Assembly: GCA_024679065.1 (NCBI GenBank)
Contig: JAGIQG010000040.1
Span: 9,362,001-9,426,000 of the forward strand
Length of the DNA stretch: 64,000 bases
Reading direction: 5' to 3'
DNA from: Sphyrna mokarran
Lineage: Eukaryota
Shown: piece by piece, positions 25,690 to 38,883 of the stretch
Layout: every line of letters begins with the position of its first letter
Position numbering within the stretch: position 1 is the stretch's first letter
Notes under the pieces: generated by a model
Databases searched by the model: none
The model's input: the letters and a program-made list of their open reading frames with translations, nothing else
What the model was told of the DNA's origin: nothing
Made by a program: the position numbers and the translations under genes

Positions 25690-26370
25690 AACAATGAACA
25701 AAGAACAACTCAGCACGGGAAACAGGCCCTTCGGCCCAACGAGCCCGCGCCGCCGTCCTAACGTCTTAATGACATATAGAGACCAATATAGGGACAATTT
25801 GTTACCCAATCAGCCTAAGAGCACATTTTTGGGATGTGGGATGAAACCGGAGCACCCGGAGAAAACCCACGCAACCACGGGGAGAACGCGCAAACTCCCG
25901 CAGACACAGGCCCAAATCCATGTGTCTGCACAGCAACAGCGATAGTCTCTGAGCTATCATGTTGCCCATCTGATGGTCCAGTTTAAGCATACACTAACGA
26001 CGTGAAGCACTAGGCTACTCCTGAAGTAACATCCAGGAGCAGCCCTCACACGACCTGTCGAATGCATGCACCTTGTTGGTCAACAAGGTGGACGGAACAG
26101 CCTGTGGAAACAATTAAAGTATTTAAACAGTCCTCCTATATCCCTCTATCTGCAGACCGCTCATGTGGCTGTCCAAGAGACCCTTAAACAACCCTAGCAT
26201 GCCTGCTCCCACCACCTTACTCGGTAGTGCATTCCACACCCCCACTACCCTTTGTGTGAAAAACTGCCCTCTAATATTAGTCTTATGCATAGCCCCCCTC
26301 ACCCTAAGACCGTGACCCCTCGTTCTATCCGAATCTAATGCTGGAAAAAGCTTACCTCCCCTCAGTGATA
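25690..26370 (-). mobile_element. LINE 3' end with SINE-like segment in its 3' UTR
   Basis: RTRGH...FFTQRVVGVWNALP* followed by GAGTTTGCGCGTTCTCCCCG body and CR1-type tail; same family as 61211-62275. Confidence 0.8.
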
Positions 26371-27239
26371 GAAACACAGAAACAACCATGTTGAAAGTGG
26401 AACATACTGTGCCTATTCCTTTGGTACTTTCTTTAAAAAAAAGGTTTACTGTGCTTATTAATGTATTAAGCAGTTTATTTATTTATACATTGATTGATGT
26501 ATGTGAATCAGTAAAATCAGAGGGCTGTTGCTGATGCTTTTCTGCAGAGACTGGAAACTGGGAATAACCTCAACCTCCAGACTCCAGGTACTATGTCTTT
26601 TCACAGGCCCTCACAGCAATTTGATTTGTGGTTATTGGCAAAGTCATCAGGAATATGGCATCGCTCCTTTAAACACAATGCATGAGAGATAGGGAAAGTT
26701 GCAGAGACATGGGCAGCAGGAAATATGTAGAACGAGGGTCGAATTACACTGGTGGGCGGTTTGGTGCGGAGGTAAGAACATCCACCTTTTCAATTAAGGT
26801 AACAGTTTCAGAAGGAGAAGAAACAAGGATATAGTGAAACGGAGACAGGTGGAAACAGAAGATCAAAACAGATGGTGATGCAGGAAGAGGATTTGAGAAA
26901 GAGAAACAAGATTCGAAGGTTTCAGGGTATAGTGACTGGATACAGTTCCAATCGTACCCTCTCAGATAGTCTGAATTTGTGGAGAAAAGTCCTGGGAGGG
27001 TGATTTTAAAAAGTGCTAGAAAGAAATCCCAAACTGAAAGAAGGAGTTGAGTAGCTTCTGGATACTGAGAGCGGGGCAGGGGATGGACAGGGTGGAGGAG
27101 GACTAACATTTTCATTCAGTTTCAAAAGATTCTGTTTCAGGTTCTCTATCTTTTTCCTTTTCAAATTTCTGCCCGATTTGAAGAAATTGAGGAAAGTGGA
27201 GAGTAAGTGAGAATGAGGACACTAAAGACAGAGAGGTAT

Positions 27240-28380
27240 AGAATGATAGAATCATACAGCACGTAAGCTCTTCGGCCAATTGTGCCTGAGTCTGCACGTG
27301 ATAAACAGTTGAAATTTTATCTAACCTCATGTCCCACACCTGGCCCATAGCACTGAAATGCCAAGTGCTCATCGAAATTATTTTTGAAGTATACGAAGCA
27401 ACTGGTTTCTACCAGCCTCATGTGCAGTGCATTTCAGACCGTCACCACCTGCTGGATTAAAAACGTTTTCCCTCACAATCGCCTCCTCTCCCCACCCAAA
27501 CATTCTTATCTTCATCTAGAAACCTTCTACCTTGTGACTGACCATTTAATTAAGGAGAACAACCGTTTCTTCTCTACTCCATCCACCTCTCTCCTAACCG
27601 TGTACAACACGATCAGCTTGCACCTCAGTTGTTCTGCTCCAAAGAAATCAAACCAAGCCTATCCAAGCACTTTTCATAACATTGATGTTCCAGACCAGAC
27701 AGCATCCTGATGATTTTCCTCTGCACCTCTCCAAAAAAATAGCGACCAGACTTCCACATGACTCTCTAGTTGTGGCCTCACTAATGTTCTATAAAACAAC
27801 AACATGTAATCCTCTTTGTAATCTGTGTCTCGAATGTGATCTGTCTCACCGCCCTACTCACATGCCCTTCTGCTGCCAGAAGTCTGTGGGCAACCAGCTC
27901 AAAGTCCCTTTGTTCCGCCGAGCTTTCTCGTATCCTACATTGAGTACTTCATTGTCAAATCATTCTTTCATAAGTTTATCATCTCACATCTTTCAGAATA
28001 AATACCATCTGCCACTTGCCTGCACATTCGTATATTCCGTCTATATCTTTTTTGCAAGCATTACACGCTCATTAATACATTATTAGGCACCCTTCCATTG
28101 TTGGTGTTATCAGCAAAATTAGTTATAGCCTCGACACATCATCAATGTGTCACTTGCATTAATTATGAATAATCGGGGCGCAACACAGATCCTTCTTGTA
28201 CGCCACTGGACACTGGTTTGCAGTCACTAAAATACCTTTCTATCATCATCCTCTGCTTCGACAATTGAGCCAGTTTTGAATCAATCTTATCAAATTACCC
28301 TTTATCCTATGTGAATTAGCCTTCTTTAAAAGTTCCCCCATGTGAAACCTTGCAATGCTTTACTGAAATCCTTACAAACC
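27240..28380 (-). mobile_element. Degraded CR1 LINE fragment
   Basis: Similar to RT/3' parts of other CR1 copies in the window. Confidence 0.65.
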
Positions 28381-28940
28381 TGGTATTTTCTTCTGGCATC
28401 TTTCTGAAAATACACCCTGGCCTCCAATGCAACGCTGAGCACACTTGAACAAAGAATTAATTCGTGGATTATAAGCACATGGATATATAATGTCATAACT
28501 AGATGATACTTAGATCAGATATTCCATTCTGCTGAAATAATCACAAACAGTCCAGATCGACACTGACAAATAGACCATGTAATATATATTCATTGGTGTC
28601 GGATATTCCACTTTGGTTAGTGATCCACATGTAGAGTTTGGATTTATTCTTACTCCTATAAAAATCAGAGAAATCAACTTCACTGAAATCCGATCTCTCA
28701 ATATACGCAATAATATTGAATACAATTATTTCACTGATCATTGAGCCTGTGAGATTATTCTGTTATTGACAATAATTAAAATAATAGAGATAATACAAGA
28801 AATTTGATTTAAATGAATTTCATCATTCATCTGGTGTGTGTGTAGCACTGTGCATCAGATCAGCAGAGATATTTTCAGTTCAAAATCAGAAAGTTTTTCA
28901 AACACAGATTGAAACGATTTGACCGGTTATAGTCACTTAC

Positions 28941-29007
28941 CAGGAACACCAATAATGGCAATGATTGGGTAGATTATTTTCGCAGCTTTCTCAACTGGAT
29001 ACAACAT
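28941..29007 (-). CDS. GPR139-like GPCR exon 1 (MLYPVEKAAKIIYPIIAIIGVP)
   Basis: ATG at 29007, first half of TM1, donor CCTG|GTAAGT in phase with exon 2; TATAAA at 29096-29091. Confidence 0.88.
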
Positions 29008-29439
29008 TCTCAATGTGCAGTAATGAATCCCTTCGTGCTGCTCAGTCTCTCTGTCTTAATCTGTGAGCTATATATTCCCAAAGCCTTTAATTTATACATT
29101 CTAGAATCAGCTGAGGAACATTGAGGGAGAACAAAGGTGAGAAGTTATTTTTTAACACATGAACAAACAGATTGCAACATTGAGTTCAGTGATGAAAACA
29201 TTTATTTTTCAATGGAATGACGGCTTTCAAAACACTGGATTCTGTTGATCACATTTATCATCCAATAGTAAATGGAAAGACACTGCCCACTCAAACAATC
29301 CCATCTCTCGGTCTCAGTTTGTTACAGTGATATCTGGACTGTGACCATTCAGTAACTAAGTTCCAACAGTTACCGCGTCTCTCTGTGTGTGATGTTTAAC
29401 TGGATATTCATTTCAGTGACTTAAGTGGATTAGGGATTT

Positions 29440-29722
29440 CGATAATTCCAAAATTCTGCTTATCAACACGATGGGGCATAGCTTTAAATTGAGGGGTGAA
29501 AATTATAGGACGGATGTCAGAGATAGGTTCTTTACTCAGAGGGTAGTAAGGACGTGGAATGTCCTGCCTGCAGCAGTTGTGGACTCGCCAACTTTACAAG
29601 CATTCAAATGGTCATTGGATAGACATATGTATCATATTGGAATGGTTTAAGTTAGAGGGTCATTAGATTGGTTCCACGGGTCACCGAAGGGCCTGTACTG
29701 GCCGCAGTGTTCTATGTTCTAT
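29440..29722 (+). mobile_element. CR1 3' terminal fragment
   Basis: FFTQRVV.TWN motif, tail GGGCCTGTACTG...TTCTATGTTCTA. Confidence 0.75.
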
Positions 29723-30719
29723 AATAATCTGGAAATACTAACGTGCAAAGAGAATTATTTTACCCCTAAAACAAAAACAGCTACTGAAACTGAGAAATCA
29801 TTTAGAAAATGGGATATCACAAAAAAGTCAGACACTGCAACACACACAATCACATCATCTCATAGTAAAAAAAAATAACTGTGACAAGTAATGCACAGGC
29901 TCCAGCTTATATTTGTCCCACATCTGATTCACAACCTTATCCTGGGAGAGAATCGGGTGAGGATAATGAATGGATAGGAGTGAGAGAAGAAGACTCTAAG
30001 AGATGAAAGTGAAGAAGAGGAAAATAGAAAGAAATATACAGAGGGAGGGAGTCTGGGAGAGGTTATGAGGAAGCAGATAATGTGATAGGAATCGTGTTTA
30101 TGTAAGCAACTTAAACACGTGAGAATTCAGCTCCATCTTAAAAGAATCGGTGCAGTGCTCACTTTAAATAATTGAGCTGACGTATTGAGTCCTGTTCTGG
30201 GATACACACTTTATACATGATATGAAGACGTTGGTGAGAGAAATGGAGGAGAGGGTCTAACAGGAAATGGCAACTGGAATGAGAGAGAGGAAGAGACATT
30301 GACTAAGAGAGTGATGGCTGAAAACGGAGGAAGATGTCAACGAATACAGAGTTAGTGAATAAGACAGAGGCGCAATTTAAATCAAAGGTTTGACTATCCA
30401 CTCAGGGATTGAGAGTGAGAGACAAAGGGGTGAGTTGAGGAAGGAACATTGATGGAATGAGAGAAAGAGAAAGTGGAGGCGAGGGGTAGAGAGATGAGGC
30501 GAATGAAGCAGATACCAGATAATGGAGAGAGAGAGCTGGAGCAAACGGAAAGAGAGAGAAACAGAGTGAGTGAGGAGAGTTGGGCCAATGGAGGACGAAC
30601 GATATGAGGAAGGAGGGATTGGGCCATAGAGGGAGAGATGAGTGAGAGAGAGAATAGACTGAAAAATGACATGGTGATAGATGAATTTGGGAAAGGGTGT
30701 GTAGATAGTTTGAGTCATG

Positions 30720-31480
30720 TTGAGATCAAACAAGATAAGATATTGGGATTCTAGGAAACGTACAACAAATGGCTGAACCGTTAAGAGAATTGAAGGGCAG
30801 AGGGATCTGGTTGTACAGGTACACAGGTCACTGAATGTGGCAACGCGGAGGGAGAAGATAATCAAGAAAACAGAAGGCATGCTTGCCTTCATCGGCCGCG
30901 AGATTGAGTTTAAAAAACTGGCCACTCATGTTGCAACTTCACAGGACTTTAGTTGGTTTGCACGGGGAATGTAGTGTCCCATTCTCGTAGCCACACTACC
31001 AAAAAGATGTGGAGGTTTTGAAGAGGATACAAAAGAGATTTACCAGAATGTTGCCTGGCATGGTGGGCATTAGCTATGAGGAGAAGTGGGAGATATTTTA
31101 TTTGTTCTTAACAGAATGACGGTGGTTGAGGGTTGACCTAATAGAAATCAAGACGATTACGAGTGGCATGGACAGATTGGATAGAAGAAGCTTTTCCCTC
31201 GATGCAAGAGTCAATTACTAGGGACATAGGTTTAAGATGTGGGGGCAAGGTGCAAAGGAGGCAAGCTTTTTTTTTCACAGAAGGTGGTGGGTGCTTGGAA
31301 TTATCTGCTGGGGGAGGTTTTAGAAGCAGAAACGATAGTGAGTTAAAGGGGGCGTTTTGATAATACATGAATAGGATGGGAATAAAGGAATCTAGACCCC
31401 GGAAGGGTAGGGTACTTTACTTCAGCCAGGCAGCACAGTCGGTGCAGACTTGGAGGGACCAAGGGCCTGCACCTGTGCTA
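30720..31480 (+). mobile_element. CR1 LINE 3' fragment
   Basis: Decayed RT C-terminal coding similarity, same family as 43330-44105. Confidence 0.75.
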
Positions 31481-31666
31481 TAATTTTCTCTTTTTGTCTT
31501 TCTTCTTTGTTGGGACGATGGAGGAGTTTTGAAGCAATTGAGTTAGAAAAGTTGTACAGAATGGAGAAAATCACCGAGAGAGGGAGAGATAGAGTCAGGG
31601 AGGGGGAGATAGGGTGAATGAGTGATAGGCGAGTGAATTGGGGAGAAACGGGGGATGAAACAGAAA

Positions 31667-31972
31667 GGCACAGTGACACTGTGGTTAACTATTGTCTCAC
31701 AGCGCCAAGGCCCCAGGTTCAAATCCGGCATCAGGTCACTTTCGGTGTGGAGTTTGCACGTGTTCTCCGTGTCTGTATGGGTTTCCTCCGGATGTTCTGG
31801 TTTCCTCCCATAGTCCAACAATGTGCAGCTAGGTTGATTAGCTACGCTGAATTGTTCACTATTGTCAGCGGAACTCGCAGAGTAAAATATGTGGGATTGT
31901 GGGAATAGAATGGGTGGGAATGTGGTCGAAGGAATGACCTCGTGCCGTACTGTAGGGTCATACGATTCTATA
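31667..31972 (+). mobile_element. tRNA-derived SINE (HE1/V-SINE-like)
   Basis: A box GGCACAGTG..., B box GGTTCAAATCC, TGTGGAGTTTGCACG core, LINE-like tail. Confidence 0.85.
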
Positions 31973-31979
31973 AAACGCA

Positions 31980-32900
31980 GAGGGATGGAGGGATAGATGT
32001 GGCAAATGAGGAAAACAAAGAGCAAGCGGTTGGAGAGACGGACCGAACAAGGAAGAGAAGGAATGAACGATGGAAAGATGCTATAGGAAGGTTTGCTGCA
32101 AAGGATGAATGATGAAGAGATGGAGCAAATGAAGGAGACTTAGGGGAATGAGGGAAAAATGACAGGGATCGAAGCGAGGAAGGGAAAGACAGAGTGAATG
32201 TGGGAGAGCCCGGACAAATGAGAGCGAGACGGGGCAAAGGAGGGAGGGATGCGGTGAGGTAGGCAGAGACATAATGGAGTCGGGAGAGACTGAGAGACGG
32301 AGGGAGAGATGGTGCAAAGAAGCGAGGGATGGGGAGAGGGTTGAGGCAGACCTTGACAGGATGAGAGAGTCATTTGCCAGTGAGGGAGAGATGCGTTGAG
32401 GGAGGGAGTAACAGGATAAGGGCAAACAGGAAAAGAGAACTATGGACAGTGCGAATGAGGGAAAAACTGGACATGATAAGAAAAATGGAGTGACTGCGGT
32501 ACAAAGTGGGGCACAGGAGGGTGAGGGAGGAACATTGCAAATGAGGGAGAGACAAGTTTTCAAAGGGACAGACCGGGTGAATAAGCAGTGATGAGATAAT
32601 GAATGGAGCAAACGTAGGAGAGACGGGACAATGAAGCAAGCTTCATGGGTGCTGAGTAAGAAAGTTTATAAGGAATGGAAAAATTCGATAAGAAAGTGAG
32701 AGACAGGACGACGAAGGAGAGACAGTGAGGGAGAATGCTTGCAGGTTTAGGAGGAAGAGAGGGGCGAACGAGGAGAGTGCAGGTTTGGCAGGGAGAAAGC
32801 GTTTAAGAGATAGATAGGGGGAGGGGGAATGAGACAAATAGGGGAAGGACAGTGTGAGCTATTGAGGGAATGACAGAGCAAAATTGGGTGAGTTTGGGCG
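31980..32900. repeat. GA-rich polypurine low-complexity region (also ~29940-30700)
   Basis: Strong purine strand bias; gives spurious Leu/Ser/Pro ORFs on the - strand. Confidence 0.8.
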
Positions 32901-32919
32901 AATGAGTGTGAGCCAAAGA

Positions 32920-35520
32920 ATATAGAACAAAGTGCAAAGAACAGGAAAGGAATAGGTCCTTCTATCCTCTATGTCTATGGCGATCACGATACCGACCCAA
33001 ACTAAAACCATAGGAACTTACAGAGTTCATTTCGTCCATTCCAATCCTATTCATGCATTTATTTAATTGCCCCTTAGATATTTCTATCGTACGTGCCCCC
33101 TTCACTAACTTAGGTACCGCGTTCCAGACATTCAGCATCCTCTGTGCAAAACACTTATCTTCAATATCTCCTCCAAACGCTTCCCCACATACATAAAATT
33201 TTGACCATTAGTACTTGACTTCTCTATGCTAGGGAAGAGCATCTGACTATCCACTCTGTCCATGCCACTATAATGACCTGTACCACGTCATCCCCTCAAC
33301 CTCCATCGTTCCAGTGAGAAAAAACTGTTTTTAACCAACTTCACCTCATAGCTAATACTCACCAGATCAGGGAACATTCTGGTAAACATCTTTTATATCC
33401 TTTTTCAGTCATTCATATCCTTGTGGTTATGTGTCGACTAGAATTGTACACAACATTCTAAATAATGCCTAACTAAGGTTATGCATAGCTGGAGCATAGC
33501 CTGCCATTTTTATACTGAAAGCCCCGACTGATGAAGCCAGGCATGCCATATGCTTTTTTGACCACTGATTGGTGGGCATGTACGCACATATATCTCTACT
33601 AGTCAATACTCTTAAGGGTTCGACCATTTAATTATAAATACTAAATGCATTAGATCTTCAAAAATGTATTATCTCAGGCTTGTCCGGATTAAACTCCTTC
33701 GTCCTTTTCTCCGTCCAAGTGCCCAACTAGTCAATACCTTGCCGCACTCACTGACAGTTCACTTCACTGTCCGCAACTCCACCAAGTTTTGTGTCACCTG
33801 TGATATTGGACCAGCTACATTTTCCTCCAAATCATTGATATAAGAACAACACATGTGGCAGAAATGATCCCTGTAGAATACCGCTAATCGATTCAGAAAA
33901 ACACCTCTCTACTTCTACGCTCTGACTGCGATGGCCAAGCCAGTACTCTGTCCAGCTCGCCAGCTCTCCTCTGATTCCGTGTGATTTCACCTTTTGCCCA
34001 CTCTATCACGAGGTCATTGTCAAAGGCTTTACTAAAGTCCATTAATACAACATCTATTGTCTTGCTCTCATCTATCATCTTCGTTAATTTGTTGAAACAT
34101 TCGATTAAGTTAGCGAGGCACAATTCCATCCTACCCCTCACATCGCCTTCACAAAATAGTGCTGTTTATCACTAATTGGACCATTTGTTTCCAGATGTGA
34201 ACCAATCCTTTCCCGAAAATTTCTTTCTGGTAATATCTCTACCACTGACAGAAGGCATTCAAACCTACAATTTCCTGGTGATCCCGCTGACCCTTTTAAA
34301 GAAATGGGACAACATTAGCTATCCTCCAGTCCTCTGGGTCTTCACCTGTAACCAATGATGATTCACAAATCTCTATCGAGGCCCCAGCAATTTCTGCCCT
34401 TGCCTCGCTCAGTGTTATGGGGTGGATCCCATCAGTTCCGAGGGAATTACCTACTTTTTTTTTAGGTTTGCCCTAAGCCTTCTCCTTTTTGATATCGACA
34501 TGACCCAGAACGTTTACATACTCTACCCTAATCTTCTCATCCAACCAGTCCTTCCTTTGGTTTATAGCGAGGCAAGGTATTCATTTAGTATTTCGTCCAT
34601 TTCTTCTGGTGTCATGCATAGATTCCCTTCACTATCCTTGAGTACACCAAACTTCCCCTAGCTACTTTCTTGCTCGTTACATACAAATAAAATGCCTTAG
34701 GATTTCCCTTAATCATATTTATTAAGGATCTTCATGCTCTCTTTCAGCCCTCCTAAATCTTTCCTGAAGTCCTTTCCTATGTTCTAAATATTCTTCACGG
34801 CCTTTATCTGTCCTAAGCATTTTAGACCTTATGAATGCCTCATTTTTATTTTTAACAAAGCTCATAACATCGTTATCCGGGTTTCCCGATACATGCCACA
34901 CATATTCTTCATCCTCACAGGTACATACTGGTCCTGAATTCCAATCAACTGACATTTGAAATTTTCCCACATATCAGCCATTGATTTATCCCCAATCTAC
35001 ACTCCCAGATCGTGCCTACCGTAGTTGTAGTTAGTCTTCCCCAAGTTTAATACCTTTTCCTGAGGAATACTCTCGCCCAAATCCACAAGCGCCTTAATAC
35101 TTATTGAAGTATGACTATTGTTCACAACATGCGCTATTACTAAGATTTCAATCAATTGGCCAGGCTCACTTCCAAATACCAGGTCTAATATGGCTCCTTC
35201 TCGAGTTTGGCTATTTACAAAATGTGTCAAGCCGCTGAACGCCCCTTGCAAGTTCTGTCCCACCCACTCTTCTCGCTGTAAGTGAGGCCCAGTCAACAGA
35301 GGGAAAGTTAAAATCGCCCACCACAGCTACGCTGTTGTCTTTGCATCTTTCCAAAATCTGTCTGGATATCTGTTCCTCTATCTCCTGTTGACTGATGGGA
35401 AGCTAGTATAAAACCTCAATATTGTGACTGTTCCCTTCATATTCGTGAGCTCTACCCACATAGGCTCGCTGCCTGAAACCATCCCGATCGCCAATCAATC
35501 CAGACTGACATCCTAGCACA
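32920..35520 (-). mobile_element. Old fragmented CR1 LINE
   Basis: ORF pieces CLANLIE...MDFSKAFD (33893-34141) and TREGAILDLVF (34997-35296). Confidence 0.85.
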
Positions 35521-36814
35521 AGGTTGTATGTTCTTTTCTCCTATCCTTCTCCATTTTCCTTTACTCTGTAGTTGTTTGTGAACAATTAAATCTTCAAAAT
35601 GTTCCAGTTTGGATAAAAGGTCTGCTACCTGAAACATCCACACTATTTCTCTTTATTGTTGCTTTTTGACCTGCTGGGTGTTTCCAATATTTTCTGTTTT
35701 GACCTGGAATTTACAGCAGCTGTGGTATCTTGTTTTTGGCTCGAGATGGATCAGTTTCATCTGACTGAAAACTATCTGTTCAAACAGATAAACACATGAG
35801 GTTTGAAGTAATGAGGCAGCATATGTCACAACATTTGACATTGAATGAAGCAAAATGAGAATTGATCATTTCATAAAATATTATTAACACAATATATATT
35901 TCATTGTCGTGGCCAGTATTTGCTTGACATCCTTAATTCTCTTGAACTGAATGTTTTGCTGAGCCATTCAATAGCCCAGTTTACAGTCAATCACATTGCC
36001 GTGGATCTGGGCTCTTGTGCATGATAGATTTGGTAAAAATGGCAGGTTTCAATTTGTAGGGGACCGGAATTTTTCACGGCAATCAGAATAAAAATCTTCA
36101 TTTGTGAGTCCAGCTTTCACTTCAGTTTCAGCTCCAGGCTGTGGGGGATTTGAAACTGTGTCCCTGGGCCTCGGGATTCATACTCTCTGATTTTACCATA
36201 ATGTCATTACACTCTCGGATAAAGGCACATTGAAACAAACATTCCAACCAATGCGCCGTGGAAATCAGTGTCAGACACTGAGAGTATAGAGTAATGAACG
36301 AAACATTCCTTGCTCTCATTCAAATGCAGAAAAATGTAATGATCCCTCAACGGGTCATTCCCAATCTGGAGTGGGAGGAATAGGGAACTGTTCAGTCCCT
36401 GAATTTTTATCAGAACTGGAAACAAGTTACAGTTAATTAAAATCACAGAAGAAAAGGTTTGTGATCATGTGGAAGGCGGGGCACATTAAATAACAACGTA
36501 ATGATGAAAGGGGAAAGTGGTGGGAATTGGAGAAGTTAAGAAATTAAAGTGAGTAATTATGTATTTGTCATCTGTTTATGCTCTGCTTGAAATGTTTTAC
36601 TCTGTTGACCACTTCACTTCTCTCCCACACTGAACAACTTCAACGCGAAAACAGAAAATTTTGAAAAATCTCCGCCGTTCTGACGGCAGCTTCGGTGAGA
36701 GAGCAGAGTTAACGTTCCGGGTCGGGTCTATGCTCTTTCTGCAGAGACTGACAGACATGCTGAGATTTTCCAACGTTTTCTGTTTTTGTTTCAGATGTTG
36801 GAATCCACAGTTTT

Positions 36815-37330
36815 ATCTAGGGCCGGGTAGAGGTGCTCTACTGATTAGTCGCATCAGTGCGTAGGTACAGGGATAGGGCTGGAGGAATGTGTTTTGGTGA
36901 TTAGTTGAATCAATATGTCAAGGGATGGTAGTAGGGTCTGAGTGAAAGTGTTCTTTAGTTTGTGAGGTCAGTATGTCAGAGTACAGGAATGGGGACTGGG
37001 GAAAATGATCTCTGTATTATTGGGGTCAGCATGTCACAGTACAAGGATAGGACCAGGATAAAGGTACTCCAAAGATTAGTGGAGACAGTCTATCAGGGTA
37101 CAAGGATAGAGCGCGGGGAAAGTCTGTTTGTCTGTTGACTAGTGGGGTTAATATGTCAAGGTACAGGGATAGGGTCTGGGTAAATGTGTTCTTTTGTTCA
37201 GTGGGATCAATATGTCAGACAACGGGAATCGGGCCTGGATCTGTTAATTAGTTAAATTAGTTAGCTAGTTAAAGTGCTCTGTTAATTAGTGTGGTCCTTA
37301 TGTCAGGGGACAAGGATAGGGCTTGGGGAT
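36815..37330. repeat. Degenerate ~59-bp minisatellite (~8 copies)
   Basis: Recurrent TATGTCA..GTACA(A/G)GGATAGGG..TGGG. Confidence 0.85.
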
Positions 37331-38609
37331 ACGAGTGGATAGATTTCTGATAGACAAGGGAGTTAAGGGTTATGGGAAGAAAGCGGGATTCACCTCAGAT
37401 CAGCCATAATCTATTTTAATGGCGGGGCAGACTCGGGCTAGATGGCCTACTCCTGCTCCTATTTGTTATGTTCTTATGTTCTTATGAAACTGATCTGTTG
37501 TTTTCATATGTGTCCATGTTTTTGTGGATGTATCTGGGTGCCTGAGTATGTGTATTCAGGCAAGATTATTCTTTCATTATGCAAAATCATTGACTAACAG
37601 GAACCTGCAGCGAACATTGGAGCTTAGTCATTGTCGCATTATGCGTCAACGTGGGTAAAACACTGCAGTGCATTTAACCATTCTACTCTCAATGTTGAAA
37701 ATGTTTTAAAGGAGAATGTTTTATTGACAATGTCAACATCGAGACTGAGTTGCCTACCAATGCTGTTGTTGAGGAACATTAGGCAATAATTCCGTAGATG
37801 CCTATTCAAATATTTGGTTGCATTGAATTGGATTGCAATCACCGATGTCTAATTATGTTAGGTATGAAGATAAGTATCCGGCATATATTCACTGAGAGTG
37901 AGGCAATATCCCAAAGCTGAAATCCTAGTGAAGCTGAAACGACCTCTGGGGGATTATTTTCTAATTGTGTGCCTCAATCTTCCATTGTGGTGTGGGAGAT
38001 CCTTATACTTGGATAGTGTTCCTCGTGCTTTGGGGAAGAGAACGATATTTTACTCTGAGAGATTTGGTTTGAAGCATAGATTGGAAAAAAGGATATCCAT
38101 TTTGCCTGATGAGGAAAAGAGTTTCACAAAGTGCTAATTTATTCATTTTTAAATCATGGTTTATTTTTTTTTAAATCAGAGAACATTTTACAGAAACATT
38201 TTTTTAAGTTCACAGAAGAGAACGTAACGATTTATTTTCACATTGAGAACAGAGCACGTGTGCTCTAAGCTGCCCAATATATGAGCAACTGTAACAGGTA
38301 CGAAAAAGAGAAAGCAGGAGCTCAACATAAAGAAAAGGAAACAATTCTGTACAATGAGTACGAGAAGATAATTATTTATACATGAAATTTAGGGGAAACT
38401 ACGAGATATATTTATTTTACAATGTTTATCTCCATAAATTTCAGACTGAAAAGCAGAATTACTGGACACGGCCATTTGAGTTAAAAATACTGAAAGATAA
38501 ACTGAGAGATTTTTACTGTTAGAGTGAGCAAGACAGATAATATTTTTGTGCCATGCAGATACCTTAATAATCAGCTGTGGGAAATCTACAGCGTCCAAAA
38601 TTCAATCGA

Positions 38610-38618
38610 TTATTTGAT
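38610..38618 (-). CDS. IGHM: IgM TM2 exon (IK*), cytoplasmic tail KIK
   Basis: CTCTGTTTTACAG|ATC AAA TAA, 137 bp downstream of the TM1 donor. Confidence 0.85.
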   Translation of the reverse strand: MK

Positions 38619-38755
38619 CTGTAAAACAGAGGTAAAATAATGAAGTGCATGTCTATGATCTGGGACCTTATTAGATTTTTTAATTAACAAATCATTTAGA
38701 AGCTTTTCAAACAGCTTCTGTCTGTTTGAAGTGTGAGTAAATTGAATATTCTCAC

Positions 38756-38883
38756 CTTCATCAGAGTGACACCAGCACTGTAAGACATGCTCAGGAAGAA
38801 CAGGACGATGAATGTGGAAGCAGTTGTCCAAATGTTGTTGTTATCATCCTCATTGTCTTCAATCCAGATGCGATCTTTGGTAT
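38756..38883 (-). CDS. IGHM: IgM transmembrane exon TM1
   Basis: (D)[42 protein letters not shown] with CART motif; donor AAG|GTGAG; expected acceptor reads AT, in-frame AG at 38876-38875. Confidence 0.9.

Noticed and set aside
25945-26070. Hidden coding signal in the LINE 3' UTR spacer (vs 61858-61978)
   Set aside because: Mismatches fall evenly on codon positions (9/10/11) and this copy has stops
31669-31683. CACAGTG-A-CACTGTG palindrome resembling RSS heptamers or a signal joint
   Set aside because: Wrong geometry for a signal joint, no nonamers, and it is the A-box head of a SINE
30377-32837. Long Leu/Ser/Pro-rich minus-strand ORFs
   Set aside because: Artefacts of GA-rich low-complexity DNA and antisense LINE/SINE sequence
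36815-37330. CRISPR-like array
   Set aside because: Eukaryotic degenerate tandem repeat without unique spacers
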